This document shows, one piece after another, positions 46,282 to 56,966 of a stretch of 64,000 nt of DNA. The notes beneath the pieces were generated by a model. That model did not search any database and was not told the DNA's origin. It saw nothing but the letters and a program-made list of their open reading frames with translations. The stretch is from Candidatus Aenigmatarchaeota archaeon (GTDB lineage: Archaea > Aenigmatarchaeota > Aenigmatarchaeia > QMZP01): the NCBI GenBank assembly GCA_043824495.1, contig JBDRSV010000024.1, positions 91,056-155,055 on the forward strand, read 5' to 3'. Both the position numbers and the translations under genes were made by a program. Each line of letters starts with the position of its first letter. Position 1 is the first letter of the stretch.

Positions 46282-46944
46282 ATCTAAATTAAGTTCTAGT
46301 GGTCTATCAACTATGAAGGATTCTCCATATTTAGAACCAATTAGACTACCTACACTTTGTCTATAGAAGCTTAGTCTATCTACAACACCTTCTGTTTGTG
46401 ATTTGTGACAATTTGCTAATTCTTTCCATTTCTCAAAATAGTCTGTTACATCACATACTAGATTAGGTTCTAGATGTCTTGGAATCATGTAATAAATTAC
46501 ATGTGGAACAAAATGATGATCATGGTCTAATTTGATATTCTTGAATTTAGCTAATCTCAGTGCATGTTTCACTATATTTCCTGTAGTGAAATGATCAGAG
46601 TGAGCTACTCCATCGTGATGCCCTGCATTGTTCTCATAATATGGAGCAAATACAATATCTGGTTTATGCTTTCTAATAACGGAAGCTATTTTTTCTCTAC
46701 TTTTATAATTGTCTTCTATTTGACAATCTTTGAAACCGAGGAATTCGAAAGAAGCTCCTGCGAATTTAGCAGCTTCCTCAACCTCTTTTTCTCGTATTTC
46801 AGGAGAACCCTTTGTCCCTGCTTCACCCTTGGTTAGTACAGCTAAGCTAACCTTGAAACCCTGGTCTACTAGCTTGAGTAGGGTCCCACCCATAGCAAAT
46901 TCTACATCGTCTGGATGAGCACCAAAAATTAGAACGCTTTTCAT
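46270..46944 (-). CDS. PIG-L/LmbE family N-acetylglucosaminyl deacetylase
   Basis: LIFGAHPDDVEFAMGGT (AHPDD motif) and HSDH. Confidence 0.8.
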   Translation of the reverse strand: MKSVLIFGAHPDDVEFAMGGTLLKLVDQGFKVSLAVLTKGEAGTKGSPEIREKEVEEAAKFAGASFEFLGFKDCQIEDNYKSREKIASVIRKHKPDIVFAPYYENNAGHHDGVAHSDHFTTGNIVKHALRLAKFKNIKLDHDHHFVPHVIYYMIPRHLEPNLVCDVTDYFEKWKELANCHKSQTEGVVDRLSFYRQSVGSLIGSKYGESFIVDRPLELNLDLFK

Positions 46945-47034
46945 GTGTATTTGTTCTCGTCTGAGTTTATATGCGTTTTTGTATAGAATATAGTGGCATA
47001 GATAGATTCAATAACTTTTGTTACTAATGAAAAT

Positions 47035-49560
47035 TTATTTTATGATATGAATTGCAACTGATTTTTCATATCCTTTTATGAAATCTTCTACCATGTCTCT
47101 TGCTGTAGTGTCTGAATGTTGTATTGGTGGATGCTTCATGAAATAAGCTGATGGACCTTCTAAGTAGCCTCCGATACCTCTATCTTTTGCTATTTTTGCA
47201 CAGCGAATACCATCTATTACTACACCAGCAGAATTTGGAGAATCTTCTACAGAAAGTCTGAGTTCTAAATTAAGAGGAACATCTCCGAATTTTCTTCCTT
47301 CCATTCTAATGAAACAAATCTTGTTATCTTTCTGCCATGGAACATAATCACTTGGTCCAATATGAATATTTTCTGGTTCTAGTGGTATTGGTAATTGAGA
47401 CTGAACAGCTTCTGTCTTGCTGATTTTTTTGCTCTTGAGTCTTGATCTCTCAAGCATGTTTAGGAAATCTGTGTTATGAACTAATATGTTTGAACAAATA
47501 AACCGTTCAAATGGTTTTGTGCTTATGTCATAAACATACACATCTTTTAATTTTATTTTTCTAATGTTTTTTATCTTAAGGAAGCGAGTATCGCCTGTAC
47601 ATAATTGTTTAATTTTTTCTCTTTCAAACTCACTTTTAACTTTATCCAATTGAGAAAGAACTATATGAGTTCTAATTGATCCGTGTTTGTACCACGTTGT
47701 TGATTTTATTTTCCATTTTTTCAAAAGTTTTATATTTGGTATTCGATGTGTTCCATAACGTTTTAATTTATTATTAGTATTGAGCATTGCCTTTTTCTTG
47801 TAATCTTGTAAAAATCCTACTTTATTTATGAACAATTCCATATCAATTTTTGATGATATTAATCCATGCCAAGCATACCCTAGTTTGCTGTTATATGCAG
47901 TTCTAGTGCTACTATATCTTTCCTTGAAAATTGTTGAATTTATTCCTAATCTCAAAAACAATGTCTGTATATCATTCAAAAGGTCACGAGAAACAGATGT
48001 CCATCTTATCTGTTTTCCTGTAACACCACCATCACCACTTAAATAACCTCTTAAAACTAATGATATTTGTCTATCTGATAAATTAAAAATCCATTCTGGT
48101 ATCCGTTTTGTATAAGCATTTCCCCCTAAACCAATAGCTAACTTAAATATTTTAGACAATATTTTTGAATGAATCCTTACACTAATACCGTCATTTCTAA
48201 CGCTATATCCAATATTAAATCTATCTGTTAAACTATCTATAAGGTACATACACTCAGGTTCAGCACCGCATGCAATTTCTATATTAGATGAACCTTCTCT
48301 ATCATAATTACCATCTGCAATCCATAAACCAACCAACTGTAAAAGATCATCTGTAATTGGGAATTTAACAGGAATTTTTATTTCAGGATGACCACGGACA
48401 TTTATATGACCGTCTGATACACCATCAACTAATAATTTATTACTATATGGACTTAGATCTATACTTTCAATTTCTTCTGATTTAGCATGTGGTAACACTC
48501 TAGGAACAGCAATATACGTTTCATTTCCTTTTAGTATTTTTACAGGGATTTCATTTAATATACCGTCATCGCTTAATGTAAAGACATTATGATCCCCTGT
48601 GATTTTTATTGTCCTACCTTCTTCGGTAGTTATTTCATAAATAGGTTCAGATACCTTATGTCGTATTAGTGCATTTATATCTGATAGGACAACGTTATAA
48701 TTATCATTTATAGTAAAACATCGCATATTTTCATTAATTTCTTTCATAATTACAATGTCTTTTCCATCAGATCTTTTCTTACCATAAAGCTCCAAATAAG
48801 AGTCTATCAAATCTCCAATTTTAACCCGCTTTAATTGATTGTTTATAACTACAGGAACCTCCTGATCTCCTGTTACACTGTTCCCCCCAGTATTCAATTG
48901 ATATGTCCTATCAATCTTTATTCCTCTATCAGAGAATAACTTTGTTAAAACTCTATGTGTAATTGTTGCACCTAATTGACTCTTAATATCATCACCAATA
49001 ATAGGAATTCCTTTTTCCTTGAACTTATCACCCCATTCAGGATTTGATGCAATGAAAACAGGCATACAGTTAATGAATCCAACACCTGCATCTAAACAAG
49101 CTTGTGCATAGAACTTAGTTGCTTCTTCACTTCCAACAGGCATGTAATTAATTAGCACATCAGCCTGACTATCCTTCAACACTTGAACAACATCCACATT
49201 TTTTTTCCCTGATTTTTTAAATCTATTATCTTCAGGATAATTATTCATATGATCTGCTACACCATCTAACACAGGTCCCATCTGAACTTCCACTCCAATG
49301 TGAGGAACATCCTTATAAAATATAGTAGTGTTGTTAGGCTTTGCGAATATTGCTTCCGACAAATCTTTATCTACCTTTCTCTCATCAATATCAAAAGCAG
49401 CTACTGGTTTAATATCAGATATTTTATATTCACCTAGAATATTATGCATTAGACCTGATACTGGTTTACTAGAATCTACATCTTTGTAATAGAATAATCC
49501 CTGAACAAGACTAGAACAACAATTACCAACTCCAGCAAATGCAACCTTTATTTCTGTCAT
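47035..49560 (-). CDS. myo-Inositol-1-phosphate synthase interrupted by an in-frame intein
   Basis: Exteins (227 + 145 aa): [16 protein letters not shown]...YQLNTGGN | [23 protein letters not shown]... are typical of archaeal-type MIPS. Confidence 0.85.
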   Translation of the reverse strand: MTEIKVAFAGVGNCCSSLVQGLFYYKDVDSSKPVSGLMHNILGEYKISDIKPVAAFDIDERKVDKDLSEAIFAKPNNTTIFYKDVPHIGVEVQMGPVLDGVADHMNNYPEDNRFKKSGKKNVDVVQVLKDSQADVLINYMPVGSEEATKFYAQACLDAGVGFINCMPVFIASNPEWGDKFKEKGIPIIGDDIKSQLGATITHRVLTKLFSDRGIKIDRTYQLNTGGNSVTGDQEVPVVINNQLKRVKIGDLIDSYLELYGKKRSDGKDIVIMKEINENMRCFTINDNYNVVLSDINALIRHKVSEPIYEITTEEGRTIKITGDHNVFTLSDDGILNEIPVKILKGNETYIAVPRVLPHAKSEEIESIDLSPYSNKLLVDGVSDGHINVRGHPEIKIPVKFPITDDLLQLVGLWIADGNYDREGSSNIEIACGAEPECMYLIDSLTDRFNIGYSVRNDGISVRIHSKILSKIFKLAIGLGGNAYTKRIPEWIFNLSDRQISLVLRGYLSGDGGVTGKQIRWTSVSRDLLNDIQTLFLRLGINSTIFKERYSSTRTAYNSKLGYAWHGLISSKIDMELFINKVGFLQDYKKKAMLNTNNKLKRYGTHRIPNIKLLKKWKIKSTTWYKHGSIRTHIVLSQLDKVKSEFEREKIKQLCTGDTRFLKIKNIRKIKLKDVYVYDISTKPFERFICSNILVHNTDFLNMLERSRLKSKKISKTEAVQSQLPIPLEPENIHIGPSDYVPWQKDNKICFIRMEGRKFGDVPLNLELRLSVEDSPNSAGVVIDGIRCAKIAKDRGIGGYLEGPSAYFMKHPPIQHSDTTARDMVEDFIKGYEKSVAIHIIK
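47473..48879 (-). mobile_element. Intein (469 aa) with LAGLIDADG homing-endonuclease domain
   Basis: Begins with Ser (SVTGDQ...) and ends ...ILVHN, followed by Thr+1. [12 protein letters not shown] and [11 protein letters not shown] are LAGLIDADG-type blocks. Confidence 0.8.
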
Positions 49561-49626
49561 GTTTTACACCTGTAAAATAGTTGGTCAAGAAAGTATATAT
49601 ACTTTACGTGTGTAAATTATTCAATA

Positions 49627-49938
49627 ATGAAACCTTTAGAGAGACTAGAGAAATTGAATACAAGTGATTGTTTGTGGGTCTACATTCTTAGTATACTGAA
49701 TAAGACTCCTATGCATGCATATGCGGTAAGAAAAGAAGTGGAAAAAAGGTTTGGTTTTACACCAGGAAATGTGACATCTTACAAGGTTTTATATTTACTC
49801 AAAAGAAATGGTTATGTAAGTAAGAGTAAATATGGTAGAACAATTGTATACGACATAACTACAGATGGAAAGAAAGAACTGAAAAAAGCAGCAGGCTTCT
49901 ACAGAAGTCTTGCTCAAAAGCTTGAGGCGAGAAAATGA
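49627..49938 (+). CDS. PadR-family transcriptional regulator
   Basis: PMHAYAVRKEVEKRFGFTPGNVTSYKVLYLLKRNGYV. Confidence 0.75.
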   Translation: MKPLERLEKLNTSDCLWVYILSILNKTPMHAYAVRKEVEKRFGFTPGNVTSYKVLYLLKRNGYVSKSKYGRTIVYDITTDGKKELKKAAGFYRSLAQKLEARK

Positions 49939-50525
49939 CACTGTATAAGAAAAGAAAAAAATTCGATTCACATTCAAAAAAACTAGGATCGTTTTTCTCT
50001 AAGTTTGGTCTATCTCCAAATCAGTGGACTATGGTTGGTTTTATTCCAGCCATAATAACTGCTTATTTTCTGTATGTAGGAAGCTTGTCTCTAGCTGCTT
50101 TATTCTTCATAATTACTATAGTAGTTGATGTGATAGATGGTTCTGTTGCAAGACATATGGGAAAATCAACTAAACTAGGAGCATATTTGGACACTGTGGT
50201 TGATAGATATGTAGAACTCATAATCATCATAGGATTGCTATTCGTATCAATGCCTGTTATACTTCTACCCATGTATGCATGGATCTTCTTGTTCTTATTC
50301 GGATCAATGATGACTACGTATGTAAAAGCAGCTGCAGTTGAAAAGGGTTTAACTACAAAGGAAATCAAAGGTGGACTGCTTGAAAGAACAGATAGAATGG
50401 TTATTCTGCTGATTGGACTTCTTTTGGGTATAGTTAATCCATTATATTTGAGTTATGTTATTATCTTGTTAGCAATACTCACAAACATTTCTGCTTTACA
50501 AAGATTTTCTATTGCAACGAGTTAA
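49935..50525 (+). CDS. CDP-alcohol phosphatidyltransferase (candidate archaetidylinositol-phosphate synthase by context)
   Basis: DVIDGSVARHMGKSTKLGAYLDTVVDR matches D-x2-DG-x2-AR...G-x3-D-x3-D. Polytopic membrane protein next to MIPS. Confidence 0.75.
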   Translation: MTLYKKRKKFDSHSKKLGSFFSKFGLSPNQWTMVGFIPAIITAYFLYVGSLSLAALFFIITIVVDVIDGSVARHMGKSTKLGAYLDTVVDRYVELIIIIGLLFVSMPVILLPMYAWIFLFLFGSMMTTYVKAAAVEKGLTTKEIKGGLLERTDRMVILLIGLLLGIVNPLYLSYVIILLAILTNISALQRFSIATS

Positions 50526-50563
50526 GGATAAATTATTTAAACAGGAACATACATCTTGTTCTC

Positions 50564-50827
50564 ATGACAGATTTAGATCTCAGTGATTATTTAGTAGCTA
50601 GAACATACTTAACGGAATTTCCTGAAGATCCTACACATGAGGATATAGGGACACTTATTCAGCTGGCAGATTCTCATGACCATTTCGTGATAAGAGAAAG
50701 AGCTTATGATATCTTAGGCAGACTTGGATATCCTACTGAGTTACATGTAGCTGCAGTTGATCCTCATCTTGTTGTAAGAAAAACTGGAAATAGATGGTTG
50801 AATGAGTGGAAAGTGTTATATGTCTAG
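50564..50827 (+). CDS. Hypothetical protein
   Basis: 87 aa ORF. Confidence 0.35.
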   Translation: MTDLDLSDYLVARTYLTEFPEDPTHEDIGTLIQLADSHDHFVIRERAYDILGRLGYPTELHVAAVDPHLVVRKTGNRWLNEWKVLYV

Positions 50828-50857
50828 ATATTTAAACCCCTTTTCTATAGTCCTACT

Positions 50858-52045
50858 ATGAGTCAATTCTCAAACATAGAAGATGCTATACATGATGTAA
50901 AACAAGGAAAACCTATCATAGTTGTAGATGATGAACACAGGGAAAATGAGGGAGATTTAATTGTTGCTGCAGAAAAAGCCACTCCAGAAAATATTAATTT
51001 CATGGCTAAATTTGGAAGGGGTTTAATTTGTACTCCTATTACCAGAGAAAGAGCATCAGAACTTGGTTTAGATTTAATGGCTAGAACAACAGATAGACAT
51101 GGTACTGCTTTTACTGTTTCAATAGATCACAAAGATACAACAACAGGAATATCTGCCACTGAAAGATCACTTACAATACAAAAAATTATAGACGAGAATT
51201 CTAAAAAAGAAGATTTTTATCAACCTGGTCATGTGTTTCCTTTAATCAGCCTAAAAGGTGGAGTGCTACATAGAGCAGGTCATACAGAAGCTACTGTAGA
51301 CTTAGCTGTTCTAGCTGGTTTGAAACCAGCTGGTGTTTGTTGTGAAATAATGAAAGAAGATGGAGAAATGGCAAGACTCCCTGATTTATTAGAATTTGCT
51401 AAAACACATGAATTGAAAATCATAACAATAGCTGATTTAATTCAGTATAGAACAAAGAAAGACAAGCTCATAGAAAGAATCACAGAAATCAAGATGCCAA
51501 TAAAATATGGAGAATTCAGAGCATTTGGTTACAAAGACAAAGTGTATGGTGAAGAATTTTTGGTTCTAGTAAAAGGTGAAATTAAAGATAATGTTCTAGT
51601 TAGAGTGCATTCAGGGTGTGTTACAGGTGATATTTTCGGTTCTAAAAGATGTGATTGTGGTCCTCAGTTAGATGCAGCTTTGAAACAAATTTCAGAAGCT
51701 GGCAATGGTGTTTTACTATACATACAACATCACGAAGGAAGAGGAATTGGTTTGCTAAATAAACTAAAAGCTTACGAGCTTCAGGATCAAGGTCATGATA
51801 CAGTGGAAGCAAATGAGAAATTAGGATTCAAACCAGATTTGAGAGATTATGGTTTAGGAGCTCAAGTTCTTGTTGATCTAGGACTGAAAAAGATACGATT
51901 ACTTACAAATAATCCAACAAAAATAGTCGGTTTAGAAGGATATGGACTCGAGATAACAGAGAGAGTTCCTCTCAAAACAGTACCAAATGAATACAACCAT
52001 AAATACCTAGAAACTAAGAAAGAGAAGATGGGTCACGAGTTATAG
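50858..52045 (+). CDS. ribBA: Bifunctional 3,4-dihydroxy-2-butanone-4-phosphate synthase / GTP cyclohydrolase II
   Basis: [18 protein letters not shown] (RibB) and [24 protein letters not shown]...[14 protein letters not shown] (RibA). Confidence 0.9.
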   Translation: MSQFSNIEDAIHDVKQGKPIIVVDDEHRENEGDLIVAAEKATPENINFMAKFGRGLICTPITRERASELGLDLMARTTDRHGTAFTVSIDHKDTTTGISATERSLTIQKIIDENSKKEDFYQPGHVFPLISLKGGVLHRAGHTEATVDLAVLAGLKPAGVCCEIMKEDGEMARLPDLLEFAKTHELKIITIADLIQYRTKKDKLIERITEIKMPIKYGEFRAFGYKDKVYGEEFLVLVKGEIKDNVLVRVHSGCVTGDIFGSKRCDCGPQLDAALKQISEAGNGVLLYIQHHEGRGIGLLNKLKAYELQDQGHDTVEANEKLGFKPDLRDYGLGAQVLVDLGLKKIRLLTNNPTKIVGLEGYGLEITERVPLKTVPNEYNHKYLETKKEKMGHEL

Positions 52046-52144
52046 CTACTTTTGAACGTATTTAAGTCAAAAAGCTTATAAATCCTATATAAATAATACA
52101 AACCTAAGGGATGAAATCCCTCTTATGGGATGGAGGTAAAAAAT

Positions 52145-52516
52145 ATGGCAAAACCAAGTTTTGTAACATTCGATGTTCCTGCAGATGTAGTAAATAAAAT
52201 ATATGAGGCACTTTCCCTAGCAAACACTACAGGTAAGATAAGAAGAGGAGTAAACGAAGCAACAAAAGCAATAGAAAGAGGAAGCGCAAAGTTTATTGTT
52301 ATTGCAGAAGATGTAACTCCTGAAGAAGTAATCATGCACTTACCGTTGTTATGTAAGGAAAAGAAAATACCTTATGCATTTGTTCCTACAAAAGCAGAAT
52401 TGGGAAAAGCATCAGGAATAGATGTTCCAACATCTTCATTAGCTGTGCTTGAAGAAGGCGATTCTAAGAAAATCTTCGCAGAAGTTAAAGCTAAATTAGA
52501 TGCTTTGATCAAGTGA
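52145..52516 (+). CDS. rpl7ae: 50S ribosomal protein L7Ae
   Basis: TGKIRRGVNEATKAIERGSAKFIVIAEDVTPEEV...IPYAFVPTKAELGKA. Confidence 0.9.
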   Translation: MAKPSFVTFDVPADVVNKIYEALSLANTTGKIRRGVNEATKAIERGSAKFIVIAEDVTPEEVIMHLPLLCKEKKIPYAFVPTKAELGKASGIDVPTSSLAVLEEGDSKKIFAEVKAKLDALIK

Positions 52517-52521
52517 TTGTT

Positions 52522-52722
52522 ATGGTAGTATCAGCAGAAGTAGTTCAAGTCGCAGGTAAATTGGGCGTCAAAGGCGTAAGCAGAGTTAGATGTAAGGTTC
52601 TTGACGGTCGTGATAAGGACAAAATAGTCACAAGAAACGTTTCAGGTCCTATCAGAAAAGGCGATATTATACTATTAAAAGACACCTCAATGGATAGCGT
52701 GTCTTCACTTCAGAAGAGATAG
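52522..52722 (+). CDS. rps28e: 30S ribosomal protein S28e
   Basis: AEVVQVAGKLGVKGVSRVRCKVLDGRDKDKIVTRNVSGPIRKGDIILL. Confidence 0.85.
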   Translation: MVVSAEVVQVAGKLGVKGVSRVRCKVLDGRDKDKIVTRNVSGPIRKGDIILLKDTSMDSVSSLQKR

Positions 52723-52824
52723 ATTCTCTGACTTCTGATAATAAATTCCTTCTTATTAGAAAGAATATCTTTGGATGAGAGGGGGGACTAAACGCTCCTC
52801 GAGGGTTCATATGTCCTACCTATA

Positions 52825-52920
52825 GGCAAAATAGAGCATGTGGGGCACGTAAAAGACGCTCCTATAAGAGAAACCCTAGAAGAAACTGGTATAACTCCCT
52901 TATTTGAGCAAGTTTGGTAG
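52825..52920 (+). pseudogene. Nudix-box-like remnant (short fragment, no intact ORF)
   Basis: Translates to GKIEHVGHVKDAPIRETLEETGITP, close to G-x5-E-x7-REUxEExGU but with Gly at the first Glu. An in-frame stop lies immediately upstream. Confidence 0.3.
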
Positions 52921-52952
52921 GGTCATTTCAGATATTCTTGAAAAGGATAAAT

Positions 52953-53366
52953 ATGAAATTATGTAGTGCTTGTTTGCTTGGAGTTAAGTGTAGATACAAT
53001 GGGAAAGATAAAGCAGACGAAAAAATACTAGAACTATCCAAGAAAGAAGAATTGATACCCGTTTGTCCAGAACAACTTGGTGGATTATCTACTCCTAGAG
53101 AGCCAGCTGAACGGAAGGGAGACAGAATGATAACAATATCAGGTAAAGATGTTACTGAAAATTTTGAAAGGGGAGCTGAAGAGACACTCAGAATAGCCAA
53201 AATGATGGGAGTGAAAGAGGCCATATTAAAACAAAAAAGTCCTTCTTGTGGATGTGGAAAAGTTTATGATGGAACATTCACTGGAAAAATAATTAAAGAG
53301 GATGGTATAACGGCATCTTTATTGAAAAGGAATGGTATTAAAGTGATGTCTGAAGAGGATTTATGA
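52953..53366 (+). CDS. DUF523-family protein
   Basis: MKLCSACLLGVKCRYNGKDK...SPSCGCGKVYDG. Confidence 0.7.
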   Translation: MKLCSACLLGVKCRYNGKDKADEKILELSKKEELIPVCPEQLGGLSTPREPAERKGDRMITISGKDVTENFERGAEETLRIAKMMGVKEAILKQKSPSCGCGKVYDGTFTGKIIKEDGITASLLKRNGIKVMSEEDL

Positions 53367-53427
53367 TAAGTCCCTTCATGTAAACTATATAAATACCCAG
53401 GACAAATAAAACCAGATAGGTGATCAC

Positions 53428-53595
53428 ATGAAGTGTAGTTTTTGTGGTGAAGCAATAAAAGAAGGAACTGGAAAGATGTTTGTTAGAACTGATGCTAGAG
53501 TTTTTCATTTCTGCGGTTCTAAGTGCCAGAAAAACCAGAGAATGGGTAGAGTAGGAAAGAACCTAAAGTGGACTAGTAAGTTCGAGAAGGGTTAA
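53428..53595 (+). CDS. rpl24e: 50S ribosomal protein L24e (55 aa, below the ORF-track cutoff)
   Basis: My translation is MKCSFCGEAIKEGTGKMFVRTDARVFHFCGSKCQKNQRMGRVGKNLKWTSKFEKG. Expected partner of L7Ae-S28e. Confidence 0.85.
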   Translation: MKCSFCGEAIKEGTGKMFVRTDARVFHFCGSKCQKNQRMGRVGKNLKWTSKFEKG

Positions 53596-53601
53596 TTTTG
53601 T

Positions 53602-53793
53602 ATGAGAAAATATACTCTTACTTTCAGAGATGATCCAACATTTCTACTAGAAGAATCCGGTGTTGATGTTCTAGCTAATATGACAAAACCACCTGTACGA
53701 TTTTATCCATCAGGTGATATTAGAAATGACCTTCCTGACTCAAGAGATTTTCTGCTTCAGATGCTTAGAGATCGTGGTTACGGGGACAGGTAA
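53602..53793 (+). CDS. Hypothetical small protein
   Basis: 63 aa ORF. Confidence 0.35.
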   Translation: MRKYTLTFRDDPTFLLEESGVDVLANMTKPPVRFYPSGDIRNDLPDSRDFLLQMLRDRGYGDR

Positions 53794-54543
53794 CTAAACA
53801 GATTCAATAAACTCTTTTTCTAAGAAGTGTAATTCACCAGGAATGAGTATTACTGATGGTGTTGTTTTGATATTTTTAGTTATCAATTCTTTTGCTTTAC
53901 CTGAAACTATTTGTTGTTCTCCACCAATTTGATAAACACCTATAACAAGAGTTTCTTCTGTTATTACGTCTTGTTTCTTTTCTTTTTCCATGTCTATGAG
54001 AATTTCTAACCCTTCTTTGACTGTCATGTATCTGTTTTCTTCTGATTTTACATCAAGCAAAACAAGTGTGTGTAGGCCATTTTTCTTGTTTTTCTGAATT
54101 GTTTCATAACAACTTGTAGGTTTGTAATTATCTTGTGGATAAGCTATAGTTGTGGTGGCTCCGAATTTGTATGGTTGTAAACCACTTTCTCCTATAGCTG
54201 AGTAAATACTAGAACCATGAATTACTTGAGTTTCAATTCCTGCTTTCTTTGCATCAAGAATAATAGATGTGTGTGTAGTTGCTACTAGAGCATCTCCACC
54301 TACTAGAATTCCTACGTTCTTTTCTTTTGCTTCCTTCAGAATTGTTTCAATACCCTCTTCTAAATCACTTCTTTTGATCTCTTTTACTGGTTTTCCTATT
54401 AGCTTATTTAGTTTCTTCTCGTCTATATTCATTCTGGTTGTGTATAGTTCCAAGTAAAGAATGTCACATTTCTGAGCTGTTTCTAAAGCTCTGATACTCA
54501 TATCTTTCTCATCATACAATCCAAGTGAAATTAAGTATAACAT
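53794..54543 (-). CDS. dphB: Diphthine synthase
   Basis: MLYLISLGLYDEKDMSIRALETAQKCDILYLELYT... is a tetrapyrrole-methylase-fold Dph5 pattern. Confidence 0.85.
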   Translation of the reverse strand: MLYLISLGLYDEKDMSIRALETAQKCDILYLELYTTRMNIDEKKLNKLIGKPVKEIKRSDLEEGIETILKEAKEKNVGILVGGDALVATTHTSIILDAKKAGIETQVIHGSSIYSAIGESGLQPYKFGATTTIAYPQDNYKPTSCYETIQKNKKNGLHTLVLLDVKSEENRYMTVKEGLEILIDMEKEKKQDVITEETLVIGVYQIGGEQQIVSGKAKELITKNIKTTPSVILIPGELHFLEKEFIESV

Positions 54544-54642
54544 ATTTATCCCATCTGAGCAAGCAATCCCTTTCTTCTTACTCTCTTAAATGAATAGTAG
54601 TATAACGGTATTTAAAGAATAAGTTTTACCTGTTTAAATGTT

Positions 54643-55014
54643 TCATGTATAAAGTGGTTTTAGATCATCTACAGGATACACACCAAGAGTTTTAATGTAG
54701 GTTCTAGTTCCTTTTAGTGAATAAGCGTGTCTGATGTGGACACCCAATCTTCTTTTAAATCCACCAAGTGTCGACTCTGCGCTAACTAGTTTATCAGAAA
54801 ATTCATCTAGATCATATTCTGTTCCAAATGAAGCCAAATCGTCTCTTAATCTCCTACTTCTCTCTCTAGATGATATATTTATTTCTGCTGGATTTGTGTA
54901 ATCTATTCCATGTTTTCCACAGAAATCGGATATCTGGGTAAGTGTAAGAAGATCATCCAGAAGAACTCCACTAGCTTCTCTTAGAAAAGCTGCTGTGTTA
55001 TCGTTATTTGCCAT
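54643..55014 (-). CDS. Hypothetical protein
   Basis: Start moved to the internal ATG (MANNDNTAAF...) to avoid overlap with the upstream gene. Confidence 0.4.
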   Translation of the reverse strand: MANNDNTAAFLREASGVLLDDLLTLTQISDFCGKHGIDYTNPAEINISSRERSRRLRDDLASFGTEYDLDEFSDKLVSAESTLGGFKRRLGVHIRHAYSLKGTRTYIKTLGVYPVDDLKPLYT

Positions 55015-55055
55015 ACGGAGTAATAATAAGAAATAATTTAAATAAGTTTTCCATG

Positions 55056-55337
55056 CTAAACAGAACCTATAATGATTAGAGCTACTACGATAACCAAAGC
55101 TAGCATAAGCATAAATATCTGTTTCCATGAACTGAAAAAGAATTTTGCCATGAAGAATAATATTATCAGTATTAGTACACCGGCTAGAATAGTTCCTTCT
55201 ATACCTATGTTACTAACAGGGTTGAGAGAACCCATTAATTCTAGAAATAGACCAAAGATACCACTCAGTGTACTCATAGTGTTCCCTATAACAAGTTGTA
55301 TCATTTCAAGTATCACAATCAATGGAGCATCTGCCAT
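55056..55337 (-). CDS. Small membrane protein
   Basis: Three hydrophobic helices. Confidence 0.45.
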   Translation of the reverse strand: MADAPLIVILEMIQLVIGNTMSTLSGIFGLFLELMGSLNPVSNIGIEGTILAGVLILIILFFMAKFFFSSWKQIFMLMLALVIVVALIIIGSV

Positions 55338-55362
55338 TGATTAATAATTAGTCTGAGTGCAT

Positions 55363-56547
55363 TTATTTCTTTGTGAGGATCTCAACTATGTCTCCATCCT
55401 TGAGCTCGTACTCTGCACCCACTTTCTTACGATCTGTCTTCATTCCACCTATGAATTTATCTGCTAAATCTGTGTGGATTTTTCCAGCGAACTGTTTCAA
55501 ATGAGTTCCTCTAGGAACTAAATGTACGTCTGGTAGAACATTTCCATCTTTATCTGTCATTTTACCTATGTTTGTAACTGGATAAACAGCTATCATATCG
55601 AGTGTTTCAAAAACAGTATGATTCAATATATTTTGTATACCAGTAGATTCATATTTAACAAGAATTTTTTCTTTTATGAACTCTAAAGCTGAGATTTGTT
55701 TTGGTGTTAGTCTATGCGCAACAACTATCTCAAAGTCTTTATCTCCTGGATTATATTTGATGAAACCATGCTCATTAGCTTCTCTTAAAGCTAGTTCACA
55801 CTCGGCTGTACATGGAATTATATGTTTATGTTTATCATGTAAAAGTTTGAAATTCTTCTGACCATCCTCTGTATCTATTTTATTTCCTGCTATCACAATA
55901 GGTTTGTTTCTTTTTCTTAGCTCACTTACTAAATGTATTAAATGATCTTCTTTTGTGTGCACTTCTATGTCTAATTTCTTAACTTCGTCTCTAACAGTTT
56001 CATAATCTAATTGTAAACCTGACAATTGTTCGTAAATTAAATCTTCTAGTTTTGCATCAGTTGTTTCAGCTTTTTTAGAGAGTTGTTTCCAGTTGTTTTT
56101 TAATATTTGAAACATCCAATAATCTATTTCTCTAGGTAAGAAATGGATATCTTCTTCAGGATCATGCGAACCTGCTTTTACAGGATTACCTTCCCCGTCT
56201 GTTCCTCCAGATAGATCAACTACATGAATTAGTCCTGATGCTGTCATAATGTCTGTTAGAAATTGATTACCTAAACCCTTTCCCTTATGTGCATCCGGAA
56301 CAAGTCCTGCTATGTCTATAAGTCTGACTGGTATGTATCTAATTCCGTCAATACATTTAGAATTCTTAGGCTTGCAAGTAACTCCTTGTGTCTTACAAGG
56401 ACATTCTGCTGTTACGTAAGCAACACCTTGGTTAGGTTTGATTGTTGTGAATATTCTGTTGCTTATTTCTATGTCTATCAGAGTAGCTGCTTTGAAGAAT
56501 GTTGATTTACCTGTGTTTGATTTACCTACAACCCCTATTTGGATCAT
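55363..56547 (-). CDS. Obg-like GTPase/ATPase (YchF/Drg-type) with C-terminal TGS-like domain
   Basis: GVVGKSNTGKSTFF (G1), DIAGLV (G3), AGNKID (G4) and a C-terminal ...LKDGDIVEI. Confidence 0.8.
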   Translation of the reverse strand: MIQIGVVGKSNTGKSTFFKAATLIDIEISNRIFTTIKPNQGVAYVTAECPCKTQGVTCKPKNSKCIDGIRYIPVRLIDIAGLVPDAHKGKGLGNQFLTDIMTASGLIHVVDLSGGTDGEGNPVKAGSHDPEEDIHFLPREIDYWMFQILKNNWKQLSKKAETTDAKLEDLIYEQLSGLQLDYETVRDEVKKLDIEVHTKEDHLIHLVSELRKRNKPIVIAGNKIDTEDGQKNFKLLHDKHKHIIPCTAECELALREANEHGFIKYNPGDKDFEIVVAHRLTPKQISALEFIKEKILVKYESTGIQNILNHTVFETLDMIAVYPVTNIGKMTDKDGNVLPDVHLVPRGTHLKQFAGKIHTDLADKFIGGMKTDRKKVGAEYELKDGDIVEILTKK

Positions 56548-56582
56548 ATGATATATTTATTTAGTAAATTTAAAAACGATTC

Positions 56583-56951
56583 ATGGGCTTCAATTCCGGT
56601 AACCAGTTCAGAATTGCAGGTATACTTTTGATATTGGAAACTATAGCTCTTCTATATTTCTCTATCGTTCCGTATGCATCTATAGACACTGGGATAGAAG
56701 CATTGCGCCTCGGAGACTTCGAACACTTGATGGCTTATCTCATCTATGCTCTTTTAGCTGAGCGAGTATTAAGTCAGACAAAATTCAAGAAGCATAGAGT
56801 TATACTAGCATTCTTAATTGCAGCAGCTTTTGGTGGAATAAATGAGGTTATACAATCTTTCATTCCTTTGAGAGAAGCAGATATGATTGATTTAGCCTTT
56901 GATACTGTTGGTTCTGTCATCGGTAGCTTTTTGCTTGGTCTTAAGAAATGA
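56583..56951 (+). CDS. VanZ-like membrane protein
   Basis: GGINEVIQSFIPLREADMIDLAFDTVGSVIGS. Confidence 0.65.
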   Translation: MGFNSGNQFRIAGILLILETIALLYFSIVPYASIDTGIEALRLGDFEHLMAYLIYALLAERVLSQTKFKKHRVILAFLIAAAFGGINEVIQSFIPLREADMIDLAFDTVGSVIGSFLLGLKK

Positions 56952-56966
56952 TTTTTTATAACCTTC

